Below, piece after piece: positions 29,050 to 39,781 of a DNA stretch of 64,000 bases. Source of the stretch: a virus; the IMG/VR virus record IMGVR_UViG_3300031521_000015; one strand, given 5' to 3'. The notes below the pieces were generated by a model. That model was not told where the DNA came from, ran no database searches, and saw nothing but the letters and a program-made list of their open reading frames with translations. The position numbers and the translations under genes are program-made. Position 1 is the stretch's first letter, and every line of letters starts with the position of its first letter.

Positions 29050-30348
29050 TTAATTATAGCTTATTTGTTTTCCTTCTTCTCTAATACACACAAAGGTTGG
29101 AAATTGTAAACTTATTAACTTGGTTTTCTTATCCATAGTTTCTTCTTTATACTTAACCTCTAAAATTCTACCTATGTATTTATCACGGTTTGTCCAATAT
29201 TCTTGACGTTGTTCATCTGAATAGCCTGAACCAACAGAAACTTAATTACCTTTATAATCTATTATAAAAGAACCTAAAACTCCTTTATATTTTCCTTCTC
29301 CTTCTGCATAATTAATTATTTTACAATCAGCAGTCATAAACTTTTTAATCTTTAATATGCCATTGTGACGTTTATTTTTCCATTCACAATCCTTTATAGC
29401 CATACAACCTTCTTTATCTTGTGATATTGCTAAATCTAAATATTCATCTACCACAGATATGTCTGTTCCTTCATAATATACAATTGGTATATCCAAATTA
29501 GCTAGTCCCTTTTCAACTGCATCTGCTTTTAATTGTCTTAATTGTTTTAGCCTATCTTTATATTTCAATTTGCTTTTTCCTGCAAAGAATTCATCTATAG
29601 GTAATAAATCAAATACAATTAAATCTATCATAGTTTTATCTTCCACATCTGAATTTACGATTGAAGTTGTTAATCTAAAGTTCTCACCATTTGAAATATT
29701 GTCTATATTCTTTCTAACTAATTCTCCATTGAAATAGTATCCTTCAAAACTTAGTTGTTCTAATTGTTTAATTATATGATCTAAGTTTGATATCTCTTTA
29801 CCTTGCCTACTTAACATTATTCCATTTACGTATGAACAATTTATACCATTAAGTTTTTCTTCTAAACAAATCCAAGTGCCTTTCTTTAATGGATATTTAT
29901 GAATCGGATATGCTTGTTGGATATTAAATTCTGGTATTAATCCTTTGATAGCCTTATTTATGCTTTTCCCTGATATATTACATCTTAAATCCTTGGTAAG
30001 TACCTTAATCCATAGTTCTTGTTCTTCGTAATCACAATTTGATAAAAATTCTAAAACTTCTTTTCGTAGGCTATCATTGATATTTGATTTTGAAAGTGTA
30101 TCAAGCATTTCAAATCCATTAATCCATAAATGTCCTACATAGAATGTTGAATTTTCTAAATAGCTCTTTAGTAATTCTCTAAGTTTCTTCTCGCTGAATC
30201 CAAACTGAAGACTATCATTGTATGTATAATATAATATTTTAGTAAAGTCTTCATTATCTTTATTCTGTTGTATTATTGATATTTTATCATTTGAACTACT
30301 TGTACTTTCTAATTTATTTATAATTCTTATTACTTTTTCCATTTTCAT
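29050..30348 (-). pseudogene. lig: ATP-dependent DNA ligase with an in-frame TAA at 29242-29244
   Basis: EEKLNG (motif I variant), NGEL, FDLL, EGCMAIK, LKIK. The frame continues past the stop with VSVGSGYSDEQR...GRILEVKY...SLQFPTFVCIRE (OB-fold, motif VI). Confidence 0.8.
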
Positions 30349-30694
30349 ATCTCCTTCATTATTATATTTTAATTTATAATTTACATTAATTTGTCAAATA
30401 GCTTCTTTTAATTCACATTTTTTATCTTCTTGTAGATTATAAGCCTTTGCCATTTCCATATATTCTAATGAATACGTCCAATCATTATAGTTATATATAT
30501 CTTCCAAACCTAGTTCACCAGTATTCTTAAATTCATTTTTCAACATTTAATCTACCTCCATTTATTTAATTTATTATTTATGTATTATTTTTATATCTAT
30601 TTCATTAATTGGAACTTATTTGTGTCCATATGTATATAATAATATATTTGGATTCTTTTGTCAACACATTAATATATTAATTTGTTGAAATATT

Positions 30695-32248
30695 TTATTC
30701 TAATCTTAAATAATTATTTGTTATACCTAATCCATTATATTCCTGTACTGTCAAATCAAAATCTTTAACTAATTGTTTTTCTTCTTCGTTCATGTCTGAA
30801 TATTTCTTTTGCCCAAAGTCTGGAGGTAATGCGTTTAAGCCCTTTCCTGCTAAAATATTAAAAATCTCTAATGCTCTTTTATCTTTATATACTATGTGAA
30901 TTGTACCCTTTTTAAAACTCGATAAATAAAAGTGAGGTGTATCAATATTCTTTTCACATTTTTTAATAGATTCTATTATATCTCTATTGTCTATATCATA
31001 ACTATCGCCTTGTATGTTATTGAAGATGATATTTAAATCTTTTAATGTATCGGGAACTCTATATAAATAATCTCCATAGTATCTTATAATTGATTTCTTA
31101 TTTATCTTATAACAACTATTAGTTTTCCAACCACTGTATAAATAAATATTGCTATTCCATGTTGAATCTGAATAATACCCCTTATAAGTGAGATCTTCAA
31201 AAACTTTTGCAACAGTTTCTTCATAACTTTTTGGAATAGCTTGTATTAATTGTTCATAGAAATAGTGAATATTATTCATGTTAAAAGATATATTTCTTTG
31301 TTTTTCCATATTGCAATTAAAATTATCTCTTAATTTAGATGGTAATTTCTTTTTAAAATCAGTTTCTTCTATAAATTTGTTCCAATATTGTAAATTAGTC
31401 TTGTCTAAATAGTCATTGATTGATAATTGTTTAGGAGTCGATGTATCATCACATATGCTAACACCAGAACTTATTCCAAACCCATTTAATAATTTATTTA
31501 TTTTCATTTTTTCTTTAAATAATTCTGTAGTTGCTTTTTTAACCATATCACACTCTAATACTAAAGATTGAAGTTTTGTCATTTGGGGAAGTAATGCTTG
31601 AAAATTATCAACATCTATATCAGGATTATCTCTTTTAAAATGTCTTTCAAATATAGATTCATCTTTTTGCATTGGAACATTTATGTATATTAAAGCAGTT
31701 TCTACATCTGTTTTTCGTTCTGAATCACTAAAGGCGTTTTGAATATATTCTATTTTTCCATTGTATTGTTGTATTTGATTTATTAATTCTTTTCTTGTAT
31801 TACTATATGGATTTTTTATGGTTTCTGCATTTAACAAACCTACAATTTGACCACCTATTCGTTTTTGAATTTCCAAACATCGTAAAAAATGTTTATCTCC
31901 TTGTTCAAATGGAGGATTTAGAATTATTAAATCATAAAATCTTTGTGGATCATATGTAAGAAAATCATCATGTACAAGATTGTAACCTTTCCCTCTTAAT
32001 AGATTTGCTAAGTTTTCATCTAATTCTATTACATCAAATACTAAGTCTTTCTCTGCCCTATTATTTCCCGACCAAAATTTATTAGAATATTGTTTATCGT
32101 AATATTCCTTATAGTATTCAATGATATTTCCCTTACCAGCACTCGGCTCGAGAACGTACTTAAAGCCTCTTATTTCTGATATCTTATCTAACATTTTAAA
32201 AACTAAGTTTTTAGGGGTTGGGTAGAATTGGTCATTGTCAGTAAACAT
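30695..32248 (-). CDS. Amino-DNA methyltransferase (DUF4942-type)
   Basis: QFYPTP, VLEPSAGKG (SAM binding), ILNPPF (catalytic), C-terminal FKKGTIHI. Confidence 0.8.
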   Translation of the reverse strand: MFTDNDQFYPTPKNLVFKMLDKISEIRGFKYVLEPSAGKGNIIEYYKEYYDKQYSNKFWSGNNRAEKDLVFDVIELDENLANLLRGKGYNLVHDDFLTYDPQRFYDLIILNPPFEQGDKHFLRCLEIQKRIGGQIVGLLNAETIKNPYSNTRKELINQIQQYNGKIEYIQNAFSDSERKTDVETALIYINVPMQKDESIFERHFKRDNPDIDVDNFQALLPQMTKLQSLVLECDMVKKATTELFKEKMKINKLLNGFGISSGVSICDDTSTPKQLSINDYLDKTNLQYWNKFIEETDFKKKLPSKLRDNFNCNMEKQRNISFNMNNIHYFYEQLIQAIPKSYEETVAKVFEDLTYKGYYSDSTWNSNIYLYSGWKTNSCYKINKKSIIRYYGDYLYRVPDTLKDLNIIFNNIQGDSYDIDNRDIIESIKKCEKNIDTPHFYLSSFKKGTIHIVYKDKRALEIFNILAGKGLNALPPDFGQKKYSDMNEEEKQLVKDFDLTVQEYNGLGITNNYLRLE

Positions 32249-32370
32249 TCATTTAACATCTCCTTTATTATTTATATTAATTTGTTATTTTAACCACAAA
32301 TTAATCTTACCACTAGTGCCAAAATAATGCAATACTTATTTTAACAAATTAATGTATAAAGAATATATGA

Positions 32371-32402
32371 AAAAGAGTAGTTAATTGTTCCTAACTACTC
32401 TT
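32371..32402 (-). terminator. Rho-independent terminator
   Basis: AAGAGTAGTTA...TAACTACTCTT with a T tract on the minus strand. Confidence 0.65.
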
Positions 32403-32429
32403 AAAAATATGTATTTATTTTATTGTAAA

Positions 32430-33152
32430 TTAACTATTTAGTGAAACATCATTTTGTTGTACTACATCATACGTTGTTTCTGTGAAATTTACCTTTATAT
32501 CATCTCCTAGAAAAGCTTTCAAATTTTCTCGAAGTTTATCTTTTGTATTTTCTATTGCTTCTGCTCTATAGTCTTGATCTGACATTATTGTATTTCTAGT
32601 CAATTCTTTGACTCTCATGTTAAGTGCATCTCTTTGATATGGTTGGAAATTGGATTCAAAAAGTTTCACTTTTTCAGAACTTGCTTGATTTAATTGTTCT
32701 ATACTTATCAAACTTAATTTATTTGGACTAATTTGAATGTTTATAACCCCATCATTGCAAGTAACTTTAGGAGTACTTAAATCATATGCAAATAAAAATT
32801 TATATCTATTGTTATATGTAATCTCTTTAGAACTATGATTTTCAAACCACTTATTAATCCAATTCATATTTACGTCATCACTTGGAATATCTTTATTTGT
32901 AAATGTTTTTGTAGCACCTATTTCACCACTAAATACATTCAAGCTATTTTCCTTATTCAAATGGTCTATAACATCTTTACTGGAAATAACTCTAAACTGT
33001 TGTACTTGTTGTGAAATTTGAGTTTGTGGGACTTGTGTTAAAGTTTTAGTAGTATGTGATTTATATGCAAATATTGAAGTTATCATTAAAACACATACTA
33101 AACCTGATATTACAAAGTTAACAATAAACTTAATTAATTTATTCTTCATCAT
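32430..33152 (-). CDS. Membrane-anchored protein (DUF4230-like)
   Basis: N-terminal transmembrane helix; F.YDLS...I.I.P...AIENTK..L...L pattern. Confidence 0.5.
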   Translation of the reverse strand: MMKNKLIKFIVNFVISGLVCVLMITSIFAYKSHTTKTLTQVPQTQISQQVQQFRVISSKDVIDHLNKENSLNVFSGEIGATKTFTNKDIPSDDVNMNWINKWFENHSSKEITYNNRYKFLFAYDLSTPKVTCNDGVINIQISPNKLSLISIEQLNQASSEKVKLFESNFQPYQRDALNMRVKELTRNTIMSDQDYRAEAIENTKDKLRENLKAFLGDDIKVNFTETTYDVVQQNDVSLNS

Positions 33153-33480
33153 CTTGTACCCCGTCTACATTACTAAGAAATCTAACCATTTCATTTTTAG
33201 CTTTAATAATAAGTTGCTTATCGTCTTCAGTTAAATCTTTTATCTTTAAGAATTTATTATATTGTCTTTTAACCCAAAAGATATCTGTTTTATTCTTAAT
33301 TGTTGGGATCAAAGAATCATCAAGGTATATAATCAAGTCTATTGCCATTCCAAACATTAATACTAAGTAATAATAAAGCATTAATATTCCGCTGTTTTTA
33401 GTATGTAAATTTTGTCCTATAAGATAAATTACTGAGCCTAATAGGATATAAATTAGTATAATATATAATATTATTAACAT
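33139..33480 (-). CDS. Hypothetical membrane protein
   Basis: Two hydrophobic segments; RBS AGGAAGTG. Confidence 0.5.
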   Translation of the reverse strand: MLIILYIILIYILLGSVIYLIGQNLHTKNSGILMLYYYLVLMFGMAIDLIIYLDDSLIPTIKNKTDIFWVKRQYNKFLKIKDLTEDDKQLIIKAKNEMVRFLSNVDGVQDDEE

Positions 33481-33589
33481 TTAATACACTTCCTTTATTT
33501 AATTTATTTATCACCTGCTTTCTATACTTTTGTGTAAGACAGACTATTTTATTTAATCTGTCTTAATTTATTATAATTTGTTTTATTTA

Positions 33590-33850
33590 TTAGTTACCTC
33601 CTTCAATTCCTTTAAGAATTACTTTTGCTAATCTATTTAATAATTCTTGTGTATTTGATAATTGTTCTTCTAAATCTTTGATTTTCTTATTATCTAAATC
33701 TGTTTTAAAGTTGTTTAAGTGCATATACGTTATTAAGATACCAAAGTTAAACCATATTATATCTTTGGTAATTGCAGAATAGATCATAAGTCCTAATCCA
33801 GTAATTGTACCGAAGACTTCAGTCCAATGTTCTTTTAAAAATTCTTTCAA
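33590..33850 (-). CDS. Hypothetical membrane protein with coiled coil
   Basis: Two hydrophobic stretches followed by a heptad pattern. Confidence 0.5.
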   Translation of the reverse strand: MKEFLKEHWTEVFGTITGLGLMIYSAITKDIIWFNFGILITYMHLNNFKTDLDNKKIKDLEEQLSNTQELLNRLAKVILKGIEGGN

Positions 33851-33963
33851 TTTTCATTCCTTCTTTCAATTTTTTTAATTTATCATAATCATTTAAAAGT
33901 ATTATTTTATTTTATTAGAATATTTAGAAATCTAGGCTAGTCATAGCCCCATTCTCAAACCTA

Positions 33964-34176
33964 TTATTTTATAAAATCTAATGGAAACTCACCAATAATA
34001 TCTCTAATTGCGAATGTTCTATAATCTTGCTTATCAATATCAAATGCTACCATTAACCATTGTTCTCCTTTGTGCCACTCAACTTCTCCATAATAGATTT
34101 TTATTGACTGAGTATATGCTCTTCTTTCTGATATTTCGTCTTTCCAATTCTTATAAGTAAATTTTAATTCTTCCAT
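33964..34176 (-). CDS. Small stand-alone WYL-like domain protein
   Basis: F.YKNWK.E.S.R...W.M.AFD.DK.DYRTFAI..I. Confidence 0.55.
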   Translation of the reverse strand: MEELKFTYKNWKDEISERRAYTQSIKIYYGEVEWHKGEQWLMVAFDIDKQDYRTFAIRDIIGEFPLDFIK

Positions 34177-34193
34177 AATTAAATACCTCCTAA

Positions 34194-35000
34194 TTATTTA
34201 GTTCCCGTACTAGAATATCCACCACGATTTACATCGCCTAATTGTTCAACTATTTCAAATTCAACATTTTCCATAACTCTATCAACTACTTCGAATTGTA
34301 ATATTCTATCATCGTAGTTTATTACGCCATCTCTAGTACACCATACCATTGCACACCATTCATCATCATTTCCTTGAAATCTATTATCTATTTGACCGAC
34401 ACTGTTTGTTAATAAAAATCCATAATTTTTAAACATTCCTGAACGAGGATATACATTAGCTTTTTTGTTTGGTGGCATTTTCATGGCGAAACCTAATTTA
34501 AAGAATAAAGTATCTCCAAAACTATATTTACAAGGGAAAATTGTTTCTTCTCCATTTTTAAATACTCTACTAACTCTAATATCAACTAAATCCCCACCAT
34601 CAATCTTTTCCATAGGTGTAATATTTTTATCTATGTATCTTACTTGTAATGTCATTTTGTTGTTTACTTGTTTCATAGTTCCTGTTATTGATTCACCTGT
34701 GTCTTCTGCCCCTAATGGTAATACGTCCATTTCAATTGTTGATTTATTCATTTTATTCTCTCCTTCTAATTTATCATTTTTGATGTTTTCATTAAATTTC
34801 TTAGACATATCCTCTAGGATATCACTTAAATTTCTATATTCACCATTATCATCAGTAAGTGATACTCCAATATTCTTGAATTGTTCTGACATAATATTAT
34901 ATTTTTCATTGTATGCTAATCTTCTAGCTTCTTCGTGAGAATCTGCTTCTACCTCTATGTAATTTTCTGAAAACAAACTTACATTTATTTTATATTTCAT
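34194..35000 (-). CDS. dut: Trimeric dUTPase with N-terminal extension
   Basis: PRSG, GQIDNRFQG, DRILQF and RGGYSSTG motifs. Confidence 0.85.
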   Translation of the reverse strand: MKYKINVSLFSENYIEVEADSHEEARRLAYNEKYNIMSEQFKNIGVSLTDDNGEYRNLSDILEDMSKKFNENIKNDKLEGENKMNKSTIEMDVLPLGAEDTGESITGTMKQVNNKMTLQVRYIDKNITPMEKIDGGDLVDIRVSRVFKNGEETIFPCKYSFGDTLFFKLGFAMKMPPNKKANVYPRSGMFKNYGFLLTNSVGQIDNRFQGNDDEWCAMVWCTRDGVINYDDRILQFEVVDRVMENVEFEIVEQLGDVNRGGYSSTGTK

Positions 35001-35072
35001 TCTTCTTCTCTCCTTATATATTGAATTAATTTATTGAATTGTAATAAAGTATCTGATTTATTCAGACTTTTA

Positions 35073-35639
35073 TTAATTTGCCCATTCAAAAAATATACCA
35101 TATAATTTATTAGTCTTACTTCTTGTTGTTGGATTACTTGATTTTCCGTATAATTTATTCTTTATAGCAGATGAAGAAGTATTAAAGTATTCTCCACATT
35201 CAACTAATGAATCAAATATCATTACTGTTTTATCTAACAATGTAGCTTTTACGCCTTTCTTTTTATAATCATTATCTGGAGGATTATTATTCACATGACA
35301 TCTGTGCCATTGATTATAAGCACCATCACACCATTCAAGGTTGGTATAAATATTATTAGCTCTTATTCCATCTATGTGATTAACTTGTGGTAAATTTAAA
35401 GGATTAGTAATAAAATATTCAGCAACGAGTCTATTTATTCTATAATATGTGCAATCACCTCTATTTCCATTAGATAATCCAATTCTTAAATATCCATCTT
35501 TATCTTTGGATGGTTTTAATATTCTTTCTTTCATATATCTATTTTGCATATTTATTCTTGCTAAACTTTTAAGGTTTCCAAAATTTGATATTTGATATTT
35601 ACCTTCAAATCCAACTATATCTTTAAATTCTTCTTCCAT
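35073..35639 (-). CDS. NUMOD4-HNH homing endonuclease
   Basis: FKDIVGFEGKYQISNFG; RLVAEYF...VNHIDG.R.NN...NLEW...N..H. Confidence 0.9.
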   Translation of the reverse strand: MEEEFKDIVGFEGKYQISNFGNLKSLARINMQNRYMKERILKPSKDKDGYLRIGLSNGNRGDCTYYRINRLVAEYFITNPLNLPQVNHIDGIRANNIYTNLEWCDGAYNQWHRCHVNNNPPDNDYKKKGVKATLLDKTVMIFDSLVECGEYFNTSSSAIKNKLYGKSSNPTTRSKTNKLYGIFFEWAN

Positions 35640-36101
35640 TTAATAATTTAACCCCTTTTTATAAATATGTTGATTTTCTGTTGCCAAGTGAATACCGTAT
35701 TGTAAATTAATAGTACAACTTAATTCTTCAATATACCTTCCAGTTTTAATATAATCACATAATTTTAGTTCAAATTTAGGGCAGTCTTTTAAATCATATC
35801 TAGTAAATAACCATATTTCCTTATTGAGTGTTTTTAAATCTCTTAGCATTTGTTCTAACTCTACATGATTTTGGTCGTTAGGTTCTCCTCCAAATATCTG
35901 TATTGAAGTTATCATATTATCAAAATCTTGAACTTTAGTTTTTATTTTCTCAAAATACACCTCATCATATAAATCACCTATATCAAAGTTCCATGATTCA
36001 GGATTGTGGCAATTGGTGCAATGGGGATTGCCCTTACACCCTGCCACATATATTTCTAAGGCTTTTCTACTTAAAGTATATTGAGTAGCTAATATGTTTA
36101 T
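35640..36101 (-). CDS. nrdG: Anaerobic ribonucleotide reductase activase (radical SAM), probable ATA start
   Basis: EIYVAGC....HC.NCHNPESW, GGEP, DYIKTGRY...ENQ. The frame is open up to ATA 36101, 2 nt after the nrdD stop. Confidence 0.85.
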   Translation of the reverse strand: MNILATQYTLSRKALEIYVAGCKGNPHCTNCHNPESWNFDIGDLYDEVYFEKIKTKVQDFDNMITSIQIFGGEPNDQNHVELEQMLRDLKTLNKEIWLFTRYDLKDCPKFELKLCDYIKTGRYIEELSCTINLQYGIHLATENQHIYKKGLNY

Positions 36102-36103
36102 AA

Positions 36104-38029
36104 TTACTTACTAGCCTTTCCTATGGATTCAGTATTGTACATTTGTCTATTCGGAGCATCTTCTTCTCTTCTAACTTTGTGCCAGTTTTTAATATTTGTA
36201 AGAAAACCGACCACTCTGGTATAGAAGTCTACTATTTCCGCACCACATATAGGGCAAATATTATCTGAACCTACTGTCATATGACCATTTTCACATTTTC
36301 TTAATAAATAATTTATTGCAAAATATATTACACCTTGTTTTGCACATGTTTCAATTAACAATTTCATATCTTCTACGTTATTTAATCTTTCATCACAAGA
36401 AATATGCATTATAGATCCACCAGAGAAATGTTTATCAAATGTTCCTTGTAGTCTAATTCTATCTAATAAATCTGCATTTACTATTAATGGTATGAATTGA
36501 TTTGAATATAAATTGTATTCTGTTTGATATTTTAATAATTGGTCTTTTGATGCTAGTTTAATTGATACATTTTCTGCTGGAATTTGTTCACAATTATGAG
36601 GAGTTTTAAATCTCTTTTGCATTTTATCATTAACAGTATTTATTATGTTTATGATTTCTAATCCTAATTGCATTCCATTTTCTGTTTTTATATCTTCTCC
36701 TAAATATGATATTGCCTCATTGAATCCATTAATTCCACAAGTTGAATATTGAGTGTTAATATCTACAAAGCCTAAATCATATAGTGGATGATTACCATTG
36801 TCTATTCTTTTTTGAACTATCTTTCTTTTTGTATTATTAATTTTTGCACACATCTCAACTAATAAAGCTAATTCTTCCATAAATTTTGCTTGATCATTTT
36901 GATATTTTATTGATAATCTAGGTAAATTAATTGTACAAACTCCTAAACTACCAATTTTACTTGAACCACTTCCAAAGCTATTAAAATATTCATTAGTAGT
37001 TTCACTGCGTAATCTGCAACAAGAAGATAATGTGCTAGTCTTACCCATATACATATTTATAAAAGCAAATTTCATATTCTTTTTTGCTATGTAATTAACA
37101 AACCCTATATCTTGTAGTTCCTGATTGTCATTTATGCTGAAACATGCTGTTGTAACAGGAAACGTAATTGGAGTTCTTTCTTGTTCTCTATTCATAATGT
37201 CTAGATATAGGTTTTGCATCTTCTTAACTACTTCTCTATCAGGATGGCTACCATCTGGGAATATGTAGTCATTAATCATTTTATCTAAGAATCTACCATC
37301 ATAAATTGATACATTAGTAAATGGAGATTGATTCCCTCTCATTGGTTGATTAATTGTGTAGATAAATGATGTTAATTGTGAATCAACATAATTCCAACAA
37401 TCTTCTTCAGTTACAAAAGAAAAATGTTCATCTCTTTTATTTACTAATATATTTTTAACATAGTAACTCATTACTACTAATAAATCAGCTAATCCACAAG
37501 CACCTAGAGTTGAATTACTTGCAACTACTACAAATTGTTCTAATTGAGATTTAAAAGCTGTTAGATATTTAGGTGGTACACTATGTATTTTCTTTACCAT
37601 ACTAAGTCCATTCATCATAATGTCGTATGTAGAATAGTTATAACAATATGGTAATCCTCCTCCTACTCCTATAAAGTCGTTTATATAAATATCTCCCGTT
37701 AAATTTCTTTCTACAATATTATTTGCAAATCCTAATCCATATAAAGATTTGGATTCTTTCCACATCATATAATAACTGTTTATTTTTTCAAAAGGTTTTT
37801 TCAATTCAGTTGAATAACTAATTACTGAAACGTCATCTACATTACTATTTTGATCTACTGATATATCAGTAGTAGTTTTTACTTTTTTACTAAAGAAACT
37901 TTTTGAGAATTTGGCTAAGTCTAATTGTACGCCTATTCCGTCCATATCGAATAATTCACTTGGATATTTACCCCTTAAATACATCATTAAATCGTCAAAT
38001 TCTTGTTCATAGCTTATTTTTAAGTACAT
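36104..38029 (-). CDS. nrdD: Class III (anaerobic) ribonucleotide reductase
   Basis: TFPV, SSCCRL, GSLGVCTINL, EQIPAE, SGGSI.H, C..GH...CP.CG, TRVVGF (glycyl radical loop). Confidence 0.93.
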   Translation of the reverse strand: MYLKISYEQEFDDLMMYLRGKYPSELFDMDGIGVQLDLAKFSKSFFSKKVKTTTDISVDQNSNVDDVSVISYSTELKKPFEKINSYYMMWKESKSLYGLGFANNIVERNLTGDIYINDFIGVGGGLPYCYNYSTYDIMMNGLSMVKKIHSVPPKYLTAFKSQLEQFVVVASNSTLGACGLADLLVVMSYYVKNILVNKRDEHFSFVTEEDCWNYVDSQLTSFIYTINQPMRGNQSPFTNVSIYDGRFLDKMINDYIFPDGSHPDREVVKKMQNLYLDIMNREQERTPITFPVTTACFSINDNQELQDIGFVNYIAKKNMKFAFINMYMGKTSTLSSCCRLRSETTNEYFNSFGSGSSKIGSLGVCTINLPRLSIKYQNDQAKFMEELALLVEMCAKINNTKRKIVQKRIDNGNHPLYDLGFVDINTQYSTCGINGFNEAISYLGEDIKTENGMQLGLEIINIINTVNDKMQKRFKTPHNCEQIPAENVSIKLASKDQLLKYQTEYNLYSNQFIPLIVNADLLDRIRLQGTFDKHFSGGSIMHISCDERLNNVEDMKLLIETCAKQGVIYFAINYLLRKCENGHMTVGSDNICPICGAEIVDFYTRVVGFLTNIKNWHKVRREEDAPNRQMYNTESIGKASK

Positions 38030-38045
38030 AATATTATCTCTCCTT

Positions 38046-38267
38046 CTAATTGTTTATTATTTCTTGTAATGTTTTTAATTTATTATCAACCACTATTAAT
38101 GGTAATGATAGCATGTTACTTTCTTGTGCTAAGTTTATATAAAAATCCTGTTCTTCTTGTGGTAAATCATTTAATAATTTATATTCAAACTCAATACCTT
38201 TATTTTTTAAAACTGTTTTAGTCATATTACAGGCTGAACAATTTTTCTTTCCAATTAATAAAATCAT
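38046..38267 (-). CDS. Glutaredoxin/NrdH-like redoxin
   Basis: CSAC motif, K..L..KGIEFEY, SLPLIV. Confidence 0.85.
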   Translation of the reverse strand: MILLIGKKNCSACNMTKTVLKNKGIEFEYKLLNDLPQEEQDFYINLAQESNMLSLPLIVVDNKLKTLQEIINN

Positions 38268-38447
38268 TTAAATTTCCTCCTTAATATAAAGTTCACATAT
38301 ACAAATGTCTTTTTCTCTTTTATCTTTGCATGGACATTTAGTATCTTCATTTTCAATAATCATGCATGGACAATATTTGTTATTTGCTAAAACTTTCATT
38401 GCTACTTCTTTTCTCTTTTTAATGTCTGGATTTAATATCATTGACAT
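38268..38447 (-). CDS. Mini ferredoxin:thioredoxin reductase catalytic-subunit-like protein (59 aa)
   Basis: Manual translation MSMILNPD...YCPCMIIENEDTKCPCKDKREKDICICELY; CPC/CPC/CxC motif; stop abuts the redoxin ATG. Confidence 0.75.
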   Translation of the reverse strand: MSMILNPDIKKRKEVAMKVLANNKYCPCMIIENEDTKCPCKDKREKDICICELYIKEEI

Positions 38448-38471
38448 CTTTCAAATCACTCTCTTCCTATA

Positions 38472-38660
38472 TTATTTGTTTATTTTTATTGTTGTATTAT
38501 CTACAATATTATCTATGCCGTTAGAGATCACTGACGCTATTACTCCAACCACAAAGTACATAAAAACATCTGCTTTAAAATAATCTAAAATAGCTAATGC
38601 TATTAAAAATGTGATAACTGAACCTATAAATTTTATTATTGCTTTCAACATTTCAATCAC
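38472..38660 (-). CDS. Small membrane protein
   Basis: Two hydrophobic segments; RBS AGGAG. Confidence 0.5.
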   Translation of the reverse strand: MIEMLKAIIKFIGSVITFLIALAILDYFKADVFMYFVVGVIASVISNGIDNIVDNTTIKINK

Positions 38661-38724
38661 TCCTTAATATGTTTATTTCTTTTATTTTATTATATAAGCT
38701 ATTTTTAGTTCACCTCATTATGAT

Positions 38725-39072
38725 TTAGTCTTCTTCTTCAAATTCTTCAAAGTCATTTTGGTTCTCTAGAGTAATATTTTTAAATATCTTTTTATTTAAT
38801 TCTTTTTCATCAATTAAATTGTCCAATTCAGATAATCCTTCAACTAAATTTAATTTATAGTCAAGTTCCTTTTTAGCACCTTCACAATCGCATCTAGTTG
38901 GTGTTACCCATTGAGATTGATCTTTTATTTTAAATATTCTCCAATCACTAGATTCTACGTCTTTATCACAGTAAATACATTGATTGAATCCATATGGATT
39001 TGTATATGTTCTAGATGATAATAAGTCTTGTAAATTAATATCGCCAGTTTCTAATTTGTAATATTTTTTCAT
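38725..39072 (-). CDS. Hypothetical Zn-binding protein
   Basis: CIYC...CDC. Confidence 0.5.
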   Translation of the reverse strand: MKKYYKLETGDINLQDLLSSRTYTNPYGFNQCIYCDKDVESSDWRIFKIKDQSQWVTPTRCDCEGAKKELDYKLNLVEGLSELDNLIDEKELNKKIFKNITLENQNDFEEFEEED

Positions 39073-39204
39073 GATTTATTCAATCCTTTCTAGCTTTAAT
39101 TTATTAACAGTTGTTAAAATCAGCATTTTATGTTAATATCCAACCTCTGTAAGCTAGTTATAGCCCCATTGTTGAAAATGAGATTTTTTGTAATTCTAAC
39201 AAAT

Positions 39205-39480
39205 CTAGTATAATTTATTCATTAATATCAATATAGACTCTCTATATTTAAGACCACCTAACAAACTGCAAATATAACTTTTGATATTTTCTCTTTGCTT
39301 GACATCTAATACCAATTCTTTTAATGTCTTTGATAACTCGATTAAAATATCATTAATATCTCGTAATACTCCATTGACACAAATACTTATTCCCCATGTT
39401 TTTAGTTCATTATTTAAGTCTTTACAATTAGATAAATTGTTGTATGTAACATTTAATAAGTTTTCATTTTTAATATTCAT
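39205..39480 (-). CDS. Hypothetical protein
   Basis: Coupled ORF in the accessory cluster. Confidence 0.45.
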   Translation of the reverse strand: MNIKNENLLNVTYNNLSNCKDLNNELKTWGISICVNGVLRDINDILIELSKTLKELVLDVKQRENIKSYICSLLGGLKYRESILILMNKLY

Positions 39481-39755
39481 TATTTATCACTCTCAACTTT
39501 CTTAAATTTAATATTTTCTAATTCAACATCATCATACTTACTTCCTAGTTTTAAACAATGCATATATAACATTCTATCTGCTTGAATATAGACATCTCTA
39601 ATCTTTTCCTTATTTATTAATAATTCTTTATTTGGTGTTATTGTAGAACTATTTGCTAAAGAATTTATTAGCTTATATAAACATTCAGATGATTCTTTCA
39701 AATCTTCATATCTTTCTAGTGTAATATTTACTGTTTCATTATCTTTATAACTCAC
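39480..39755 (-). CDS. Hypothetical protein
   Basis: RBS AGGAG; coupled to the next ORF. Confidence 0.5.
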   Translation of the reverse strand: MSYKDNETVNITLERYEDLKESSECLYKLINSLANSSTITPNKELLINKEKIRDVYIQADRMLYMHCLKLGSKYDDVELENIKFKKVESDK

Positions 39756-39781
39756 ATTTATTCTCCTTTTATCTCTATTCT

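Noticed and set aside
29242-29244. Stop-codon reassignment (alternative genetic code)
   Set aside because: TAA and TAG terminate genes normally throughout; only isolated internal stops occur, and no suppressor tRNA was seen.
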